From NCBI RefSeq assembly GCF_035594765.1, contig NC_085846.1, forward strand, positions 19,517,190 to 19,581,189: DNA of 64,000 bases, read 5' to 3'. Both the position numbers and the translations under genes were made by a program. This document shows positions 38,598-50,959 of this stretch, one piece after another. Within the stretch, counting starts at the first letter, position 1; each line of letters begins with the position of its first letter. This stretch comes from Anolis carolinensis (Eukaryota). Below the pieces are notes generated by a model. It had not been told where the DNA came from. It made no database searches and was given only the letters and a program-made list of their open reading frames with translations.

Positions 38598-39852
38598 GTA
38601 AAGCAAGGGAGTGTGTCATTGCTCTTGTGCAGGGGGTGGAGGGTTAAAACTACATTTCACCTTTCATGTTACACTCAGGATATTCCCTACTTTTTTCCTC
38701 TGAAAAAATATCCGCAACTAATTAAAAGGCATGTGGGCTTGCTCCAAAGAAATACTGTATCAAAATTGCAAGAAAAACTTTTGGTAATAGTCCTTTCATA
38801 GTGCGTGTGAAACATGAGATTATGTATCATTTCGGAAGTCTATATTTCCAAGTGGTCATAACATATAGGGCAGCGGTTCTCAACCTAGGGTTTACCAGCT
38901 GTTAGGATTTCTGGGAGTTGAAGGCCAAAAACATCTGGGGACCCCAGGGTGTTGTGATGGTGCACTGCTCATTTTAGATAAGATTAGATTTTCCCTCCAT
39001 ATGTATCTCTGATTAGGATTATTTGTTTAACTAGTAAAGGAATAGTGGTTTTATCTCTAAGAAAGAATTGTTGTGTTCAGGAGAGGTTGCTTGATAAAGC
39101 AAGATAGATCTGACAACCTTCCTTTTCTAACAAGTACCCATCTTCAAAGTAGGTTATACTGAATTGAAAATACTAAAAAATAGAATAATGACTGAAGATA
39201 TGACCTCTTCACATGGGCACCCACTGAGCCAGCCGGTCCCCGTCAGATGATGCCAACAGGGCTCAATGGGTGAAGGAGGGCATAGCTGGTACCCGGGCAA
39301 CATGGGAGGGCTTCATGGTGCTATTGGAATGCATGGGGGGAAGCCGAGCACTCACACTTCCCCATCTGATCGTCCTCAGATGGAGCCAGGTGATTCCAGG
39401 CATGGGGCGACAGGTTCCCTACACTCCTTCATGAAGCAGAGCACCTCCAGCAGCCATGTGACAAGTTCATAATAAGTCACAGGCCAGATTGGGATAATAG
39501 CAAGGTACAGCATCCCAAAGCACTGGAAGGCCAGGTTCAAATCCCTGCCCAACAACAGAAACCTTCTGGATGTATTTGGGGAAGTCACCCTCACTCACCT
39601 CAGAAGAAAGCAATGGCAACGCCTTCTTAAAAATATAGTAACTTTAGGATGTCTGTAAGTCGGAAAAGATGGAAAGCACATAACACAGAGTAAATGAAAG
39701 AAAAAGACAGGTAAAATGAGAACACTTAAACATAACAGTTGGGTGCCGCCACTACTGCCAGGGCAAGAAATATAAACTTAAGGTTCCCAGTTTACATATA
39801 TCACAGGTACTTTAAATCAATCAAATATCTTGCCAGAGTGATTTGCTAAGTA

Positions 39853-40160
39853 CAGTAGAGTCTCACTTATCCAACATTCTGGATTATCCAATGCATTTTT
39901 GTAGTCAATGTTTTCATTGCATTGTGATATTTTGGTGCTGAATTCGTAAATACAGTAATTACTACATAGCATTAATGTGTAATGAACTACTTTTTCTATC
40001 AAATTTGTTGTATAACATGATGTTTTGGTGCTTAATTTGTAAAATCATAACCTAATTTGATGTTTAATAGGCTTTTCCTTAATCCCTCCTTATTATCCAA
40101 CATATTCGCTTACCCAACATTCTGCCAGCCTGTTTATGTTGGATAAGTGAGACTCTACTG
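39853..40160. mobile_element. Tc1/mariner (Tigger/pogo-like) MITE, inverted relative to the 28007 copy
   Basis: Same TIR CAGTAGAGTCTCACTTATCCAAC, TA TSD. Confidence 0.92.
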
Positions 40161-40324
40161 TAGTATGAAATAACACTAGTGTCTCTGAGTGTTCTGTAAG
40201 ATGTAAAAAAATGCTGATTATTCACTGAAAAATAAAATATATATTTGAATCTAATAGAAAAAACTTAAGACATGACAACCCATACCATATTGTTGCTATT
40301 AAAAGTCAGTTTCTTTTGTTCTAG

Positions 40325-41192
40325 ATTGGCTACTGTGTATTGGCTCCAGTGATGAGTGAAAAACCTCAATACCCTTTTTTCTATCGGATGGTCCCAAATG
40401 AAGTATACCAATACCAAGGGATTGTCCAGCTCCTTCTGCATTTCCAATGGACTTGGGTTGGGATGATGGCAGCTGATGATGACAATGGAGAAAAATTTGT
40501 GTAAACATTGGAAAAGATGCTTTTCCAGGGTGGCATATGCACTGCTTTTAAAGCAAAAACAAAAAAACATAGCTCAGTTAATGGAAAATGGATCAGCTTT
40601 TGATGTCTTTCCATACTTATGCCGTCTACTAACCAATGCCAAAATAAAGGCAGTGATTATCAATGCAGAGCATCAGACTATATCAAATTTGAAATGGCTG
40701 ATTTACGTTTATGTCGTTTTAAGAAACGTAGATACACTCGGATCAGTGTCTAAAGTGTGGATTATGACAGCTCACTGGGATTTCTCATCACAAGCTGTTC
40801 ACAGGTTTTTTGATATACAAGCCTTTGATGGTACACTGTCTTTTGCAATTCATTCAAAAGAAATACTGGCATTTTCAGAATTCCTTCAGAAACTTCATCC
40901 AAGTTCAGCAAAAGGAAATGATTTTCTTAAATTGTTCTGGGAAGAGGCATTCAGATGTTCTTTTTCTGAATCTAATGAAGAAGAGGAGAGGCCTACGTGC
41001 ACTGGGCAAGAAAGGCTGGATGATCTCCCAAGAGTTCTTTTTGAAGAAAGCATGACAGGCCAAAGCTACAGCATCTACAATGCAGTTTACATGCTAGCAC
41101 ATGCTTTAGAAAGGGCTTATAAATCTAAGACAAATAAAAAAGGAATGGCATACCCAGGTCCACCAGATCGTTCAAATCTTCAGTCATGGCAG
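40325..41192 (+). pseudogene. V2R-C exon 3 (disrupted)
   Basis: ...GEKFV*TLEKML..., then the V2R homology continues in the +1 frame (ORF 40476..41273). Confidence 0.9.
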
Positions 41193-41684
41193 GTAGGATT
41201 TCACATCACATGTAGCACTGATATCAAATGTTTAAACAACTATCTTGAAATGAGCATACAAGATATATATTAATGATTTGTTTGACTTACAAAAGTATAG
41301 AGGGGGAGATGAAGTCCATAATAATATGCACTAAAAATGCTGGTCTACTATTTAATATTGTCACAATATCAATGGCAGGGAAATTACCTGAAGGAAAAGA
41401 AAAAATGCAATGGTTTAATGAAATGGCGAATCCATGGGTTCCTAGAGAGTGGTGTGAAAAAGCCACCACTCCGCACCCCGCTTCACCCACCTCACCTTCT
41501 TTCTTATCCCATGGGGTTCCCCCATTGAAGGGAAGGCTCCCGTGTTGCCGCAGCAGGCACTGGTTCACCTCCTTTTTAGGCACAGAGCCCGGCCAGTCAT
41601 CCCTGTATGTCATGTGAAGGGCTATGTGCCGAAAAGGGAGGTTGAAGCAGCGTACGATGGGCAAATCGGCCCATCTTATCCGCA

Positions 41685-41818
41685 NNNNNNNNNNNNNNNN
41701 NNNNNNNNNNNNNNNNNNNNNNNNNNNNNNNNNNNNNNNNNNNNNNNNNNNNNNNNNNNNNNNNNNNNNNNNNNNNNNNNNNNNNNNNNNNNNNNNNNNN
41801 NNNNNNNNNNNNNNNNNN
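41685..41818. other. Assembly gap (134 N)
   Basis: Run of N. Confidence 1.
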
Positions 41819-42656
41819 AATATGTAATAATAACATATTGTATATACATATAATATTCATAATATTATATTGTAATACAATATAATACTAATAATACAAT
41901 ATAATAATATTAATTATATATCATATTTTACATGTAATATTACTAATAATATTACAATATGTTGATACAGTACAATATAGTAATTTGTTACCAGTATTGT
42001 ACTATACTAAGATAATATTGTATGTAAATTTAATTTGTAGGCCGCTCTGAGTCCCCTTCGGGGTGAGAAGGGCGGCATATAAATGTAGCAAATAAATAAA
42101 TAAATAAATCTTATGAGGTGGTAAGTAACTATTAAATGTGATGACAGGAATCCCTTATGGCACAGAGAGACAAATAGGGCATCTACATTGTGGCATAAAT
42201 GCAGAATGGACCACACATTAACTAACATGGCTCAGTGCTATGTAATCATGGGTATTTTCATTTTAGAAGGTGATTAGCCTACTCACATAAAGATTGTAGG
42301 TGCCTCACAAAAAAACAGCTCCAAATAAAATGGTGTCAAACTCATACATTCTGCAAAAGGAGATGTACCCCTTATCATCCTGGAATCATGCAGATAGGCT
42401 TGATGGAAAGAGAAGTAACAAAACAGCAGTAAGATTTTGAAAAAGAAACCAGAAAGCCACCAATTGATCATTTGGTGAGAAATGTGAAGCAAAATATGAT
42501 TGCCCATAGGACCATTCTAAAAAGACTGTGTCATGACTGAGAAGTCTTTGCGTTTCTTACTGATATGTGTAAAAGGTTAAAGTGAAGTAGGAATCTCACT
42601 ACCTTCCTCTTTATAATAATTTCCCACCAATTCATCATTTTCGTCTTTCAATCTAG

Positions 42657-42884
42657 CTTCATTCTTTCTTGAGGAGTGTCATATTTAACAATAGTGCTGG
42701 AGACACTGTGGCTTTTGATGAGAATGGGGAATTAGCAGCTGGATTTGATATTATGAACTGGGTTACTTTCCCAAACCAATCCTTCTTAAAAGTTAAAGTA
42801 GGAAGTTTGGACTCTCATGCTTTCTTGGGCAAAGAGTTCAGCATTAATGAAGAGGCCATCACATTGCACAACATCTTCAATCAG
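42657..42884 (+). pseudogene. V2R-C exon 4 (228 bp)
   Basis: LHSFLRSVIFNNSAGD...LHNIFNQ. Confidence 0.9.
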
Positions 42885-43271
42885 GTTGGGTCTATTCAAA
42901 ATTTCTTTTTAAAAGCAAGGGTAATTCAAAAAATTATAATGTACTGATCCTGGGTAGATGGTGGTGGTGCAATCCCATTCACCAGAAATTAGTTGTTCCT
43001 CTTACATAATAAATTGTTGCTATGTTCCTTTCGACATCATAGGAAGTCAATAACACACCTATTTCAAGCAAATCTTACAGAGAAAATCCTGCAATGGATT
43101 TACCTTAAGCTTACCATAAATCAGAATCAACTTGAAGTCTCACAATGATGGGAAGGAATTATCCTTTTCCTTTTTGAACTCATTTCTTTGCAACAACAAA
43201 GCTTTTTCAACAGCTCTGTTCATGTGGTTTTTCAACAGCTCTGTTCATGTGGTTAAAACTGTATTACCATA

Positions 43272-43494
43272 GGGTTGTTGTATGTTTTCCAGGCTGTATG
43301 GCCATGTTCCAGAAATGTCTCCTAACATTTTGCCCACATCTATGGCAGGCATCCTCAGAGGTTCTGAGGATGCGTCTGAGGATGCCTGCCATAGATGTGG
43401 ACAAAGCATCAGGAGAGAATACTTCTGGAACATGGCCATACAGCCCGGAAAACATACCCTGTGATCCCGACCATGAAAGCCTTCAACAACACAT
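43272..43494. mobile_element. Penelope-like inverted-repeat insertion (decayed hammerhead motifs)
   Basis: Inverted arms; 12-bp TSD TGTATTACCATA (43260-43271, 43495-43506). Confidence 0.85.
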
Positions 43495-43587
43495 TGTATT
43501 ACCATAATCAATGACGTTAGATTGAGTATTTTAGTTACTGTTGTTAACATGGAAAATTAATATACTGTCTCTCCTTTCTGTGGGTAG

Positions 43588-43714
43588 GTGCTGCCTATTT
43601 CACTGTGTACTAATAGATGTCATCCAGGTTACATGAAAAAAAAGAGGGAAGGGGAATTATTTTGTTGCTATGATTGCATTCCGTGTCCAGATGGGAAATT
43701 TTCAAACCAAAAAG
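43588..43714 (+). pseudogene. V2R-C exon 5 (127 bp)
   Basis: VLPISLCTNRCHPG...[12 protein letters not shown]. Confidence 0.9.
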
Positions 43715-44059
43715 GTGGGCAGTTTAATATGTAGTTATGATAAAGAACATTGTTGAGAAATGTAACTTATTGGCAACAACCCCAAACAATACAGGTAGAT
43801 CCTTTGGACATATGAAGACAAATAGAAGAAGCAAAATGGTTTCATATTTTCTCATTGATTATTCGCATTTCTATCTTGTATTTCTTCACCGGAAAGCAAC
43901 CACCTCTACTTTTTCCACCTAACTTTCTGCTCATATTAATCCCGATGCAGATTAAGCTGAGAAGCAGTTGCTTGTTGGGCTGAAATGAGTTGAATGTTTC
44001 AATGAGTACTTAAGCTTGAGTTTTCTGCAAAATTAAAAGTTGCGTGTTTTATTTTTCAG

Positions 44060-44951
44060 ACATGGTTGAATGTTCAAAGTGTCCAGATGATCAGTATACC
44101 AACAAGAACCACGATCAATGCCTTCCCAAAAGTATACATTTTCTCTCGTCTACAGAACCTTTGGGAATAACTCTAACTTGCTTGGCTCTCTCCCTTTCTC
44201 TGATCTTGGTGCTCAAGATATTCATCATCAACAAGAACACTCCTATTGTCAAGGCCAATAACCGGAACCTCACTTACTCTCTTCTCGTTTCCCTATTACT
44301 CTGCTCCCTCTGTACATTTCTGTTCATTGGCCAGCCTAAAACAGTGACCTGCTATTTGCGACAAACCATTTTTGGCATTGTCTTTTCAGTAGCTGTGTCT
44401 TGTGTATTGGCAAAAACCCTAACTGTGGTTGTTGCTTTCATGGCTACCAAGCCAGGATCCAGGATGAGGAAATGGGTGGGAAAAGGATTGGCAAACGCTG
44501 TAGTTTTAAATTGTTCCCTTATTCAAGCCAGTATGTGTGCTGTATGGCTGTGTATTGCGCCTCCATTTCCAAATTTTGACATGCACACATTAGCCAAAGA
44601 AATAATTTTGGAATGCAATGAAGGATCCGTCACAATGTTTTATTGCATTATGGCCTACCTGGGATTTCTGGCCATGGTTAGTTTCACAGTGGCTTTCTTT
44701 GCCAGAAAGTTGCCAGACAGTTTCAATGAAGCCAAATTCATTACTTTCAGCATGGTAGTGTTTTGCAGTGTTTGGTTGTGTTTTGTTCCATCTTATCTGA
44801 GCACTAAGGGGAAATACATGGTGGCTGTGGAGATTTTCTCCATTTTAGCCTCTAGTGCTGCTTTATTGGGTTTTATCTTTTTCCCCAAATGTTTCATAAT
44901 TGTCTTGAAGCCTGAACTGAATTGTAAGGACTACCTAATCAGAAAAAAGTG

Positions 44952-44952
<1 letters not shown>
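44060..44952 (+). pseudogene. V2R-C exon 6 (7TM, open frame)
   Basis: [13 protein letters not shown]...LIRKK stop; 2-aa deletion in TM1 relative to V2R-B. Confidence 0.92.

Positions 44953-45020
<68 letters not shown>
44953..45020. repeat. (GATA)17 microsatellite
   Basis: Begins immediately after the V2R-C stop codon. Confidence 0.97.
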
Positions 45021-46106
45021 TATTCTTGTAGAGGGGTTCTATTATAATTTTAACCTTAAGATGCACTGTTTATTTGTGGAGACAGGCATAGAATTGCAAT
45101 TAGAGATTCCTTTGAAGTTGTAAATGGAACCCAGTACCTTCCCGGTGTAGAGGGAAATAACCATACATGGAGATACATTATGCTATGTGAATAACAACAT
45201 TGTGAAATATATGTCTAATCTGCTGTCACTTTGGAGCAATACCTTTGGATTTCCATGATTCATGCAAATTTTGCTCATATTCTTCACTATGTAAACATAT
45301 GCACTGTTCTTATTCTCTTACATTATGCATTTCCATACACATGTCTATATTAAATAAACATATATTCAAACAGAGCCATGCCCACATATATTGTAACACA
45401 TTCCCACACACAATCACATATTCTGAACACACGTACACACATACACACATATACTCACTTCCGAACCAGCCCCTTAAAACCCGAGCTCTCCCACTTTTAG
45501 GTGAGGAAGTAGTGATAGGCAAATAGATAATGTTGCTCCATTTTGCATGTTGATTTAATTCTTTAAAGAAGAACCTGAAAAGGACTTGAACAATCTTGTC
45601 ATCCACCTTCATGCATGACTGTGCATGGAAATCTATGATGGTGGTCAGGAAGAGTTTTGCTGTACTCTTGGTCTTCTAACATATATGTTGTACTTTTTTT
45701 AATTAAAAGATTTATATTCTACCCTTCCTTGTGAGAGCTTTGGGTAATATATGAGTCAAACTATTGTTAAAAGTTCAAATGATTCCAGTTTTGAAACAAT
45801 AACATTATTTAAGCAGCATAAAAACTTAGTAACCATGTTAAGAAGTTGAAACTACTTAAAAGATTAAACAGTTAAAATCATGAATAAGTACATTTTAAAA
45901 ATAAATTAGGCTCAGGGGTAGTTGTGTATGGTATAGGCACTGAGAAGAAACAATTATCCCCACCATTTGCTAAGTCACAATAGGGCATCATGGTAGCAAT
46001 AATGGCATGTCCTGCAATGAATTATTACGTTGGTGGTACACAGAAGTAGGCCTATATAAAGACAGAGCCTTTTTCAAATATTAAGGTCCCAAGCTATGTA
46101 TTGTCC

Positions 46107-46108
<2 letters not shown>

Positions 46109-46154
<46 letters not shown>

Positions 46155-46190
46155 ACTTATATACCGCTACTCCCGGTTTGGCTCGGAGCG
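46109..46190 (-). mobile_element. Extremely 5'-truncated L2-type 3' end with (AAT)n tail
   Basis: 6-bp TSD GTCCTA (46103-46108, 46191-46196); absent from the paralogous site near 500. Confidence 0.7.
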
Positions 46191-46470
46191 GTCCTAAAGT
46201 TTTGTGTGCCCTCAAGCTGTTTCAACTTATAGCAAATCTAATGTTAACCTATCATGCAGTTTTCTGTGCCAAAGATCATCCAGTGGATTTTCCAAGCCAA
46301 ATGGGGAACCAAACCCTGGATTCCACAGTCCAACAGTCATAGCACTACATGGCACTGGCCGTTAAATCATCTCTAACACTTTGAATTAATACTAAATGTG
46401 AATTTGGAACCAGTTCACCTCCTTTATGATCATTGTAATGTCATAGATTTCGCTGCCATATTTTGTACTA

Positions 46471-46888
46471 CCGTGTTTCCCCGAAAATAAGACAGTGTCT
46501 TATATTATTTTTTGCTCCCAAAGATGTGCTAGGTCTTATTTTCAGGGAATGCCTTATTTTTCCATGAAGAAGAATTCACATTTATTGTTGAACAAAAAAT
46601 GAACATTTATTATATACTGTATAATAGTTGTCATCACAAACCAGCATAATCAGACAAACTGTGAATCCTATCAAGAATTTCTTCTTACTACCATTATTTC
46701 CATGTACAACAATCTATAGTACGGACATTTACGGATCCTGCATGCTCTGGTGTTCTGTTTGGCGGGCATGCTTCCAAACAAAAACTTTGCTAGGTCTTAC
46801 TTTCAGGGGAGGCCTTATATTTAGCAATTCAGCAAAACTTCTACTAGGTCTTATTTTTCGGGGATGTCTTATTTTCGGGGAAACAGGG
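46471..46888. mobile_element. Tc1/mariner-superfamily MITE (copy 2)
   Basis: TIRs CCGTGTTTCCCCGAAAATAAGAC / GTCTTATTTTCGGGGAAACAGGG; TA TSD confirmed by the empty paralogous site GTACTAGCTG at 751-760. Confidence 0.93.
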
Positions 46889-47489
46889 TAGCTGTAGTTT
46901 TGGATCATTCTCAAAGGAAGATCCATCCAGGGCACATTATAGTAATCTATATGGGACATTTCCAGTGTGTGAACTCCTGTACGTATGCTACTCCTCACAA
47001 AGTCTGTAGTATTCAGACCATGGACTCCTATCCATGGCATCTTTTTGGGTCTCCATTAACACAGATGGTCTTTGGAATACTTCCAAGCTGCACGACTGCT
47101 CCTTCAGGGGACTACAAACTCATTTACAACAGACCATCGCCCATGGTTTACATTACAGAACTCAGTGCAGACCAGCCTGTGCAACATGTGGCCACAAAAT
47201 TAGTGTTTTTTTTATTTCTCACACAAAGCTGCTCAAATGAGGTGTGCTGTACTGATTGGATACTGATCAAGGCTTAATGTGTTACACACTGACAAAGAGA
47301 ACAGTGGTATCATAGGGACTGGATTCAATCCAATATGTTAACTCATCCTGTCACTACCCTTCAGCCTTGGTGAGTAGAAGCCACCAGTGGAGGGAGTGAT
47401 TGCTTGCTTCACTCTACCATCTGTGGGGCAAGAAGACAAAAAGAAGGGAGCCTGGACTGACTCCAGGTATCATTATAAGAATAATGATA

Positions 47490-47811
47490 CAGTAGAGTCT
47501 CACTTATCCAACATAACGGGCTGGCAGAACGTTGCATAAGTACAAATGTTGGATAATAAGGAGGGATCAAGGAAAAGCCTATTAAACATCAAATTATGTT
47601 ATCATTATACAAATTAAGTACCAAAACATCATGTTTTACAGTGAGTCTGCCACTTGTTTGGGAGCGTGGCTGCACTTGTATTGTTGTTGGACGTGTTGGT
47701 CTGCTGCGCGTTGCTGCCTAGAGAAATAGCTGTGGATCCAGGCGGGAGGCAGACTGCGACGGATAATACAGAACATTGGATAAGTGAAAGTTGGATAAGC
47801 GAGACTCTACT
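47490..47811. mobile_element. Tigger/pogo-like MITE variant
   Basis: Same CAGTAGAGTCTC TIR with a different internal segment. Confidence 0.8.
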
Positions 47812-49489
47812 ATTAGCAGTATTTCTTACTTGGCTGTCCTTGTGACTCGAGGCAGTTTACAACATAGCTGAAGCACATAATACATTTAGGCATATGCAAT
47901 CCATTCAAAAGTTTTAGTCTTTACAAAATTGGGGGGTGCTGGCATTTCATTTCTAAAGTGTTTCTAAAATATTATTAGTGAATTTTTTGTTACTATAACA
48001 AGATTAACAAAATTTTGTTACTTTTTAGTTAAGTAATTGGGGAAGTGGAGAAACTTCAGGGACTCCTTTCTCCCTTATTTTTACAGCTATTGAGGTGAAA
48101 CTTGCTACAATGGTAGAATACATTTACCACTGTGAGCCCACTGGATTTCAGAACATTTCACTTACCCATGAAATTTTGGGAAATTCCCAAAGTTTTTATA
48201 AACAACATTTTTTTAAAACTACAAGAACTATCTTTTTGAATTTTCTATACAATGACATAGGATAACAGGGGATAATTCCCCCCCCCCCCCCAGGTTTCAG
48301 AAATATTCACACATCTACTGATTTTAGGAAATTTTGTAAAGTTTTGACAACAATTTGTTTTTATTAATTCACAAAATTTATCTCATTGAATGCCTCTCAT
48401 ACAATATTATATGATAGATCCATGATCGGTTGAGTTTAGAGTGCTCTTTGATTGTGATACTGTGCAACATTTCTACCCAGAGTAACATAGAATCACACTT
48501 TGACACTGTCCCATTTTGCAAAAAGGTTCTGCTGCACATAGGGCAGCTTGCAAATGCATTTTCACAGAATTTTCCAATATTATGAACATCGTGGGAACCT
48601 GGAAGTTGTACTTTTACCTTCAGCCAGCTTCCATTTTCCAACCTTAGAATAAGTCTGTCTGTGAATTATAAAAGGGTGGCCTAAAATAGGCTCTGGGGTC
48701 ATTAAATGTGTCTCTTTTTGCACTGGCAGCACTGAAAATCTGGGCAAGATTAATTACTGAAATTGCAGTCTGCTGTTCTGGGGATGCTTTTCTCTCATTA
48801 TAATGTTTTTTGCTTAAGTTTTAATAATATTGAATTTTATTTGGTTTTTAACTATGCAAGAGCTATCTTATGTAGTATTTTAAGGGTGTGTCTCACCATT
48901 GTTTTATGTTGCATTACAATGGTTTATGTAGTATTTGAATTGTGTATTTCACATTGTATTTTAATAATCTGGTTTTTTTTTTGTATTTTTGTTTTTCCTG
49001 TATGTGAAACACCTATGGTCTAAGCATTAAATAAACCACTCAACCATTGGCAGGTTGGCCTTTGCAGATTGAATTAAAATGTTCTCTTTAGGAAACTCAA
49101 AATCCATTGTAATTCTATTATCAACTTTCTCCAGTCATGCTAGAGAATGTAGAGATATTAGAGAGAACAGCTCTCTGGGGCCCCTCCTACACTGCCATAT
49201 AAAATCCAGGATGTCTGCTTTGAACTGGACTATATGATAGTGTAGACTAATACAATCCAGTCTAAACAAGATAATGTGGATCAGTATATGGCAGTGTAGA
49301 ATCTCTGGTCTGGTAGTGTATAATCTGTGGCTTTTCAGGTATTTGGAACTCCAACTCCTAGAAGCCTTAGCCGATTTGTCAAATGGTTAGGAATTCTGAG
49401 AGCTGAAGTGCAAAACACCTGGAAGGCCACAGGCTGTGCTCCACTGCTCTAGGCTTTCCATGATCAAGGCTTTCCACTGCTATTCTATG

Positions 49490-50323
49490 CAGGGGCGGTT
49501 CAACCGTTAGGCTAACTAGGCCATTGCCAAAGGCGCCATTCCCTATGGGGTGCAGTTGAGGTGCTCCCACGTGCATGTGCATGCACACATGCGCGCGAAT
49601 GTGGGAGTGCCGCAACTGCACCCCTGGGAAGATGGCACCACCCCCCTCCTCCTGCTTCGGGCCTTCCGGACGGCGTGGTCCCACCCTGGGCCTTCCAGCC
49701 AGTGTGAGCCCGCCTTCCGACTGGCATGGGTCTGCCTTCCAGCTGGCGTGGGCCTGCCTTCCAGCCAGCCTAGGCCTTCCGACCAGCCTGGGCCCACCTT
49801 CCACTCTCCAGGAGGCTACCTCCTGCCAGGTGAAGCGGCCAGCAAGCACGCACTCCGCTGCTTCCGACGAGGTCTCCAGGCTGCCTGGCCATGTTCCAGA
49901 AGCATTCTCTCCTGACATTCACCCATCCTCGGAGGTTCTAAGGACTGTTGGAAGCTAGATAAGTGGGGTTTATATATCTATGGAAAGTCCAGGGTGGGAG
50001 AAAGAGCTCTTGTCTGTTTGAGGCTAGTGTGAATGTTGCAATTGGCCAGCTTGATTAGCATTTAATGGCCTTGCAGATTCAAAGCCTGGCTGCTTCCTTC
50101 CTGGGGGCATCCTTGGTTGGGAGGTGTTAACTGGCCCTGATTGTTTCCTGTCTGGATTTCCCCTGTTTGCAGAGTGTTGTTCTTTATTTAAGCTTTTCCT
50201 TAATCCCTCCTTATTATCCAACATTTTCGCTTATCCAACGCTTTTATTTTTCAGTGATTGATTTGAGGGAGTGCGCCAAAATTCTGTTCACCTACACTTG
50301 AAAATTACCTTGGGCCAGCCCTG
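49490..50323. mobile_element. Composite non-autonomous hAT-like element carrying Penelope and MITE fragments
   Basis: Ends CAGGGGCGG / CCAGCCCTG; flanks ATTCTATG/ATTTTGTG (6/8 match); internal Penelope-like piece (about 49880-50185) and Tigger-MITE piece (about 50190-50240). Confidence 0.55.
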
Positions 50324-50959
50324 ATTTTGTGGTCAGCCTTCAATGGAAGATGACCGTAGACTTGTGTTGGAGAACCTAGAAATTGGTAAAGAGGCATTAT
50401 CTCAGGTGAAAACAGTAGCAGCTTCTTTATGCACTGTTTTTCACTTCCATTGGGGTCCCGTGAATGTGGAGGGCAAACTGTACAATGACATTCACCACTT
50501 GAAATTTCTTATTTTAATGGGACATTTCAAGGGATAAAATGACACATGTTGTACAGCATTGGTGGCACAGCAACCTAGACACTCGACTAAATAATTTCTT
50601 TTCTCTAATCATCAACACAATTCAGAATAATTATTCTGCTCGCCGGTCCTCAAGGGATATCTGGAAGTCACAGAATAATACACAACAAGTCAGAAAGCAG
50701 TTATAAGACCACTTCTTAATGCTCTGAGCTAACAACAGAACAGGCAGGACTCCAATACTCTTGAGTTCTTATATTATGCTGTATTTAACAAATGTTTACT
50801 TTCACTGATTATCAAGAAATCAATTTTCCTTGTACAGATGATGGGACTATTTTCCTCTTCAATGAAAGTGTTGACGTTTTTCATCATGGTATCAACAGCA
50901 GCAGTCTAAGGCACTAAAGCTGCATCCACTTACCAAAATAGGAGAAAGAGACTCTAAAA

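Larger units (their letters stand above)
36685..44952 (+). pseudogene. V2R-C: vomeronasal type-2 receptor pseudogene; exons 36685..36911, 38306..38597, 40325..41192, 42657..42884, 43588..43714, 44060..44952
   Basis: Full six-exon structure, but exon 3 has an in-frame TAA at 40502-40504 (CAA/CAG Gln in V2R-B/V2R-A). It also has an extra A in the run at 40561-40567, making the exon 868 bp versus 867 in V2R-B. Confidence 0.88.

Noticed and set aside
41542-41860. ORFs containing X runs
   Set aside because: Artefacts of translating through the N gap.
49379-49958. Cluster of overlapping 70-180 aa ORFs
   Set aside because: Low stop-codon frequency in a GC-rich repeat interior; no recognisable domain.
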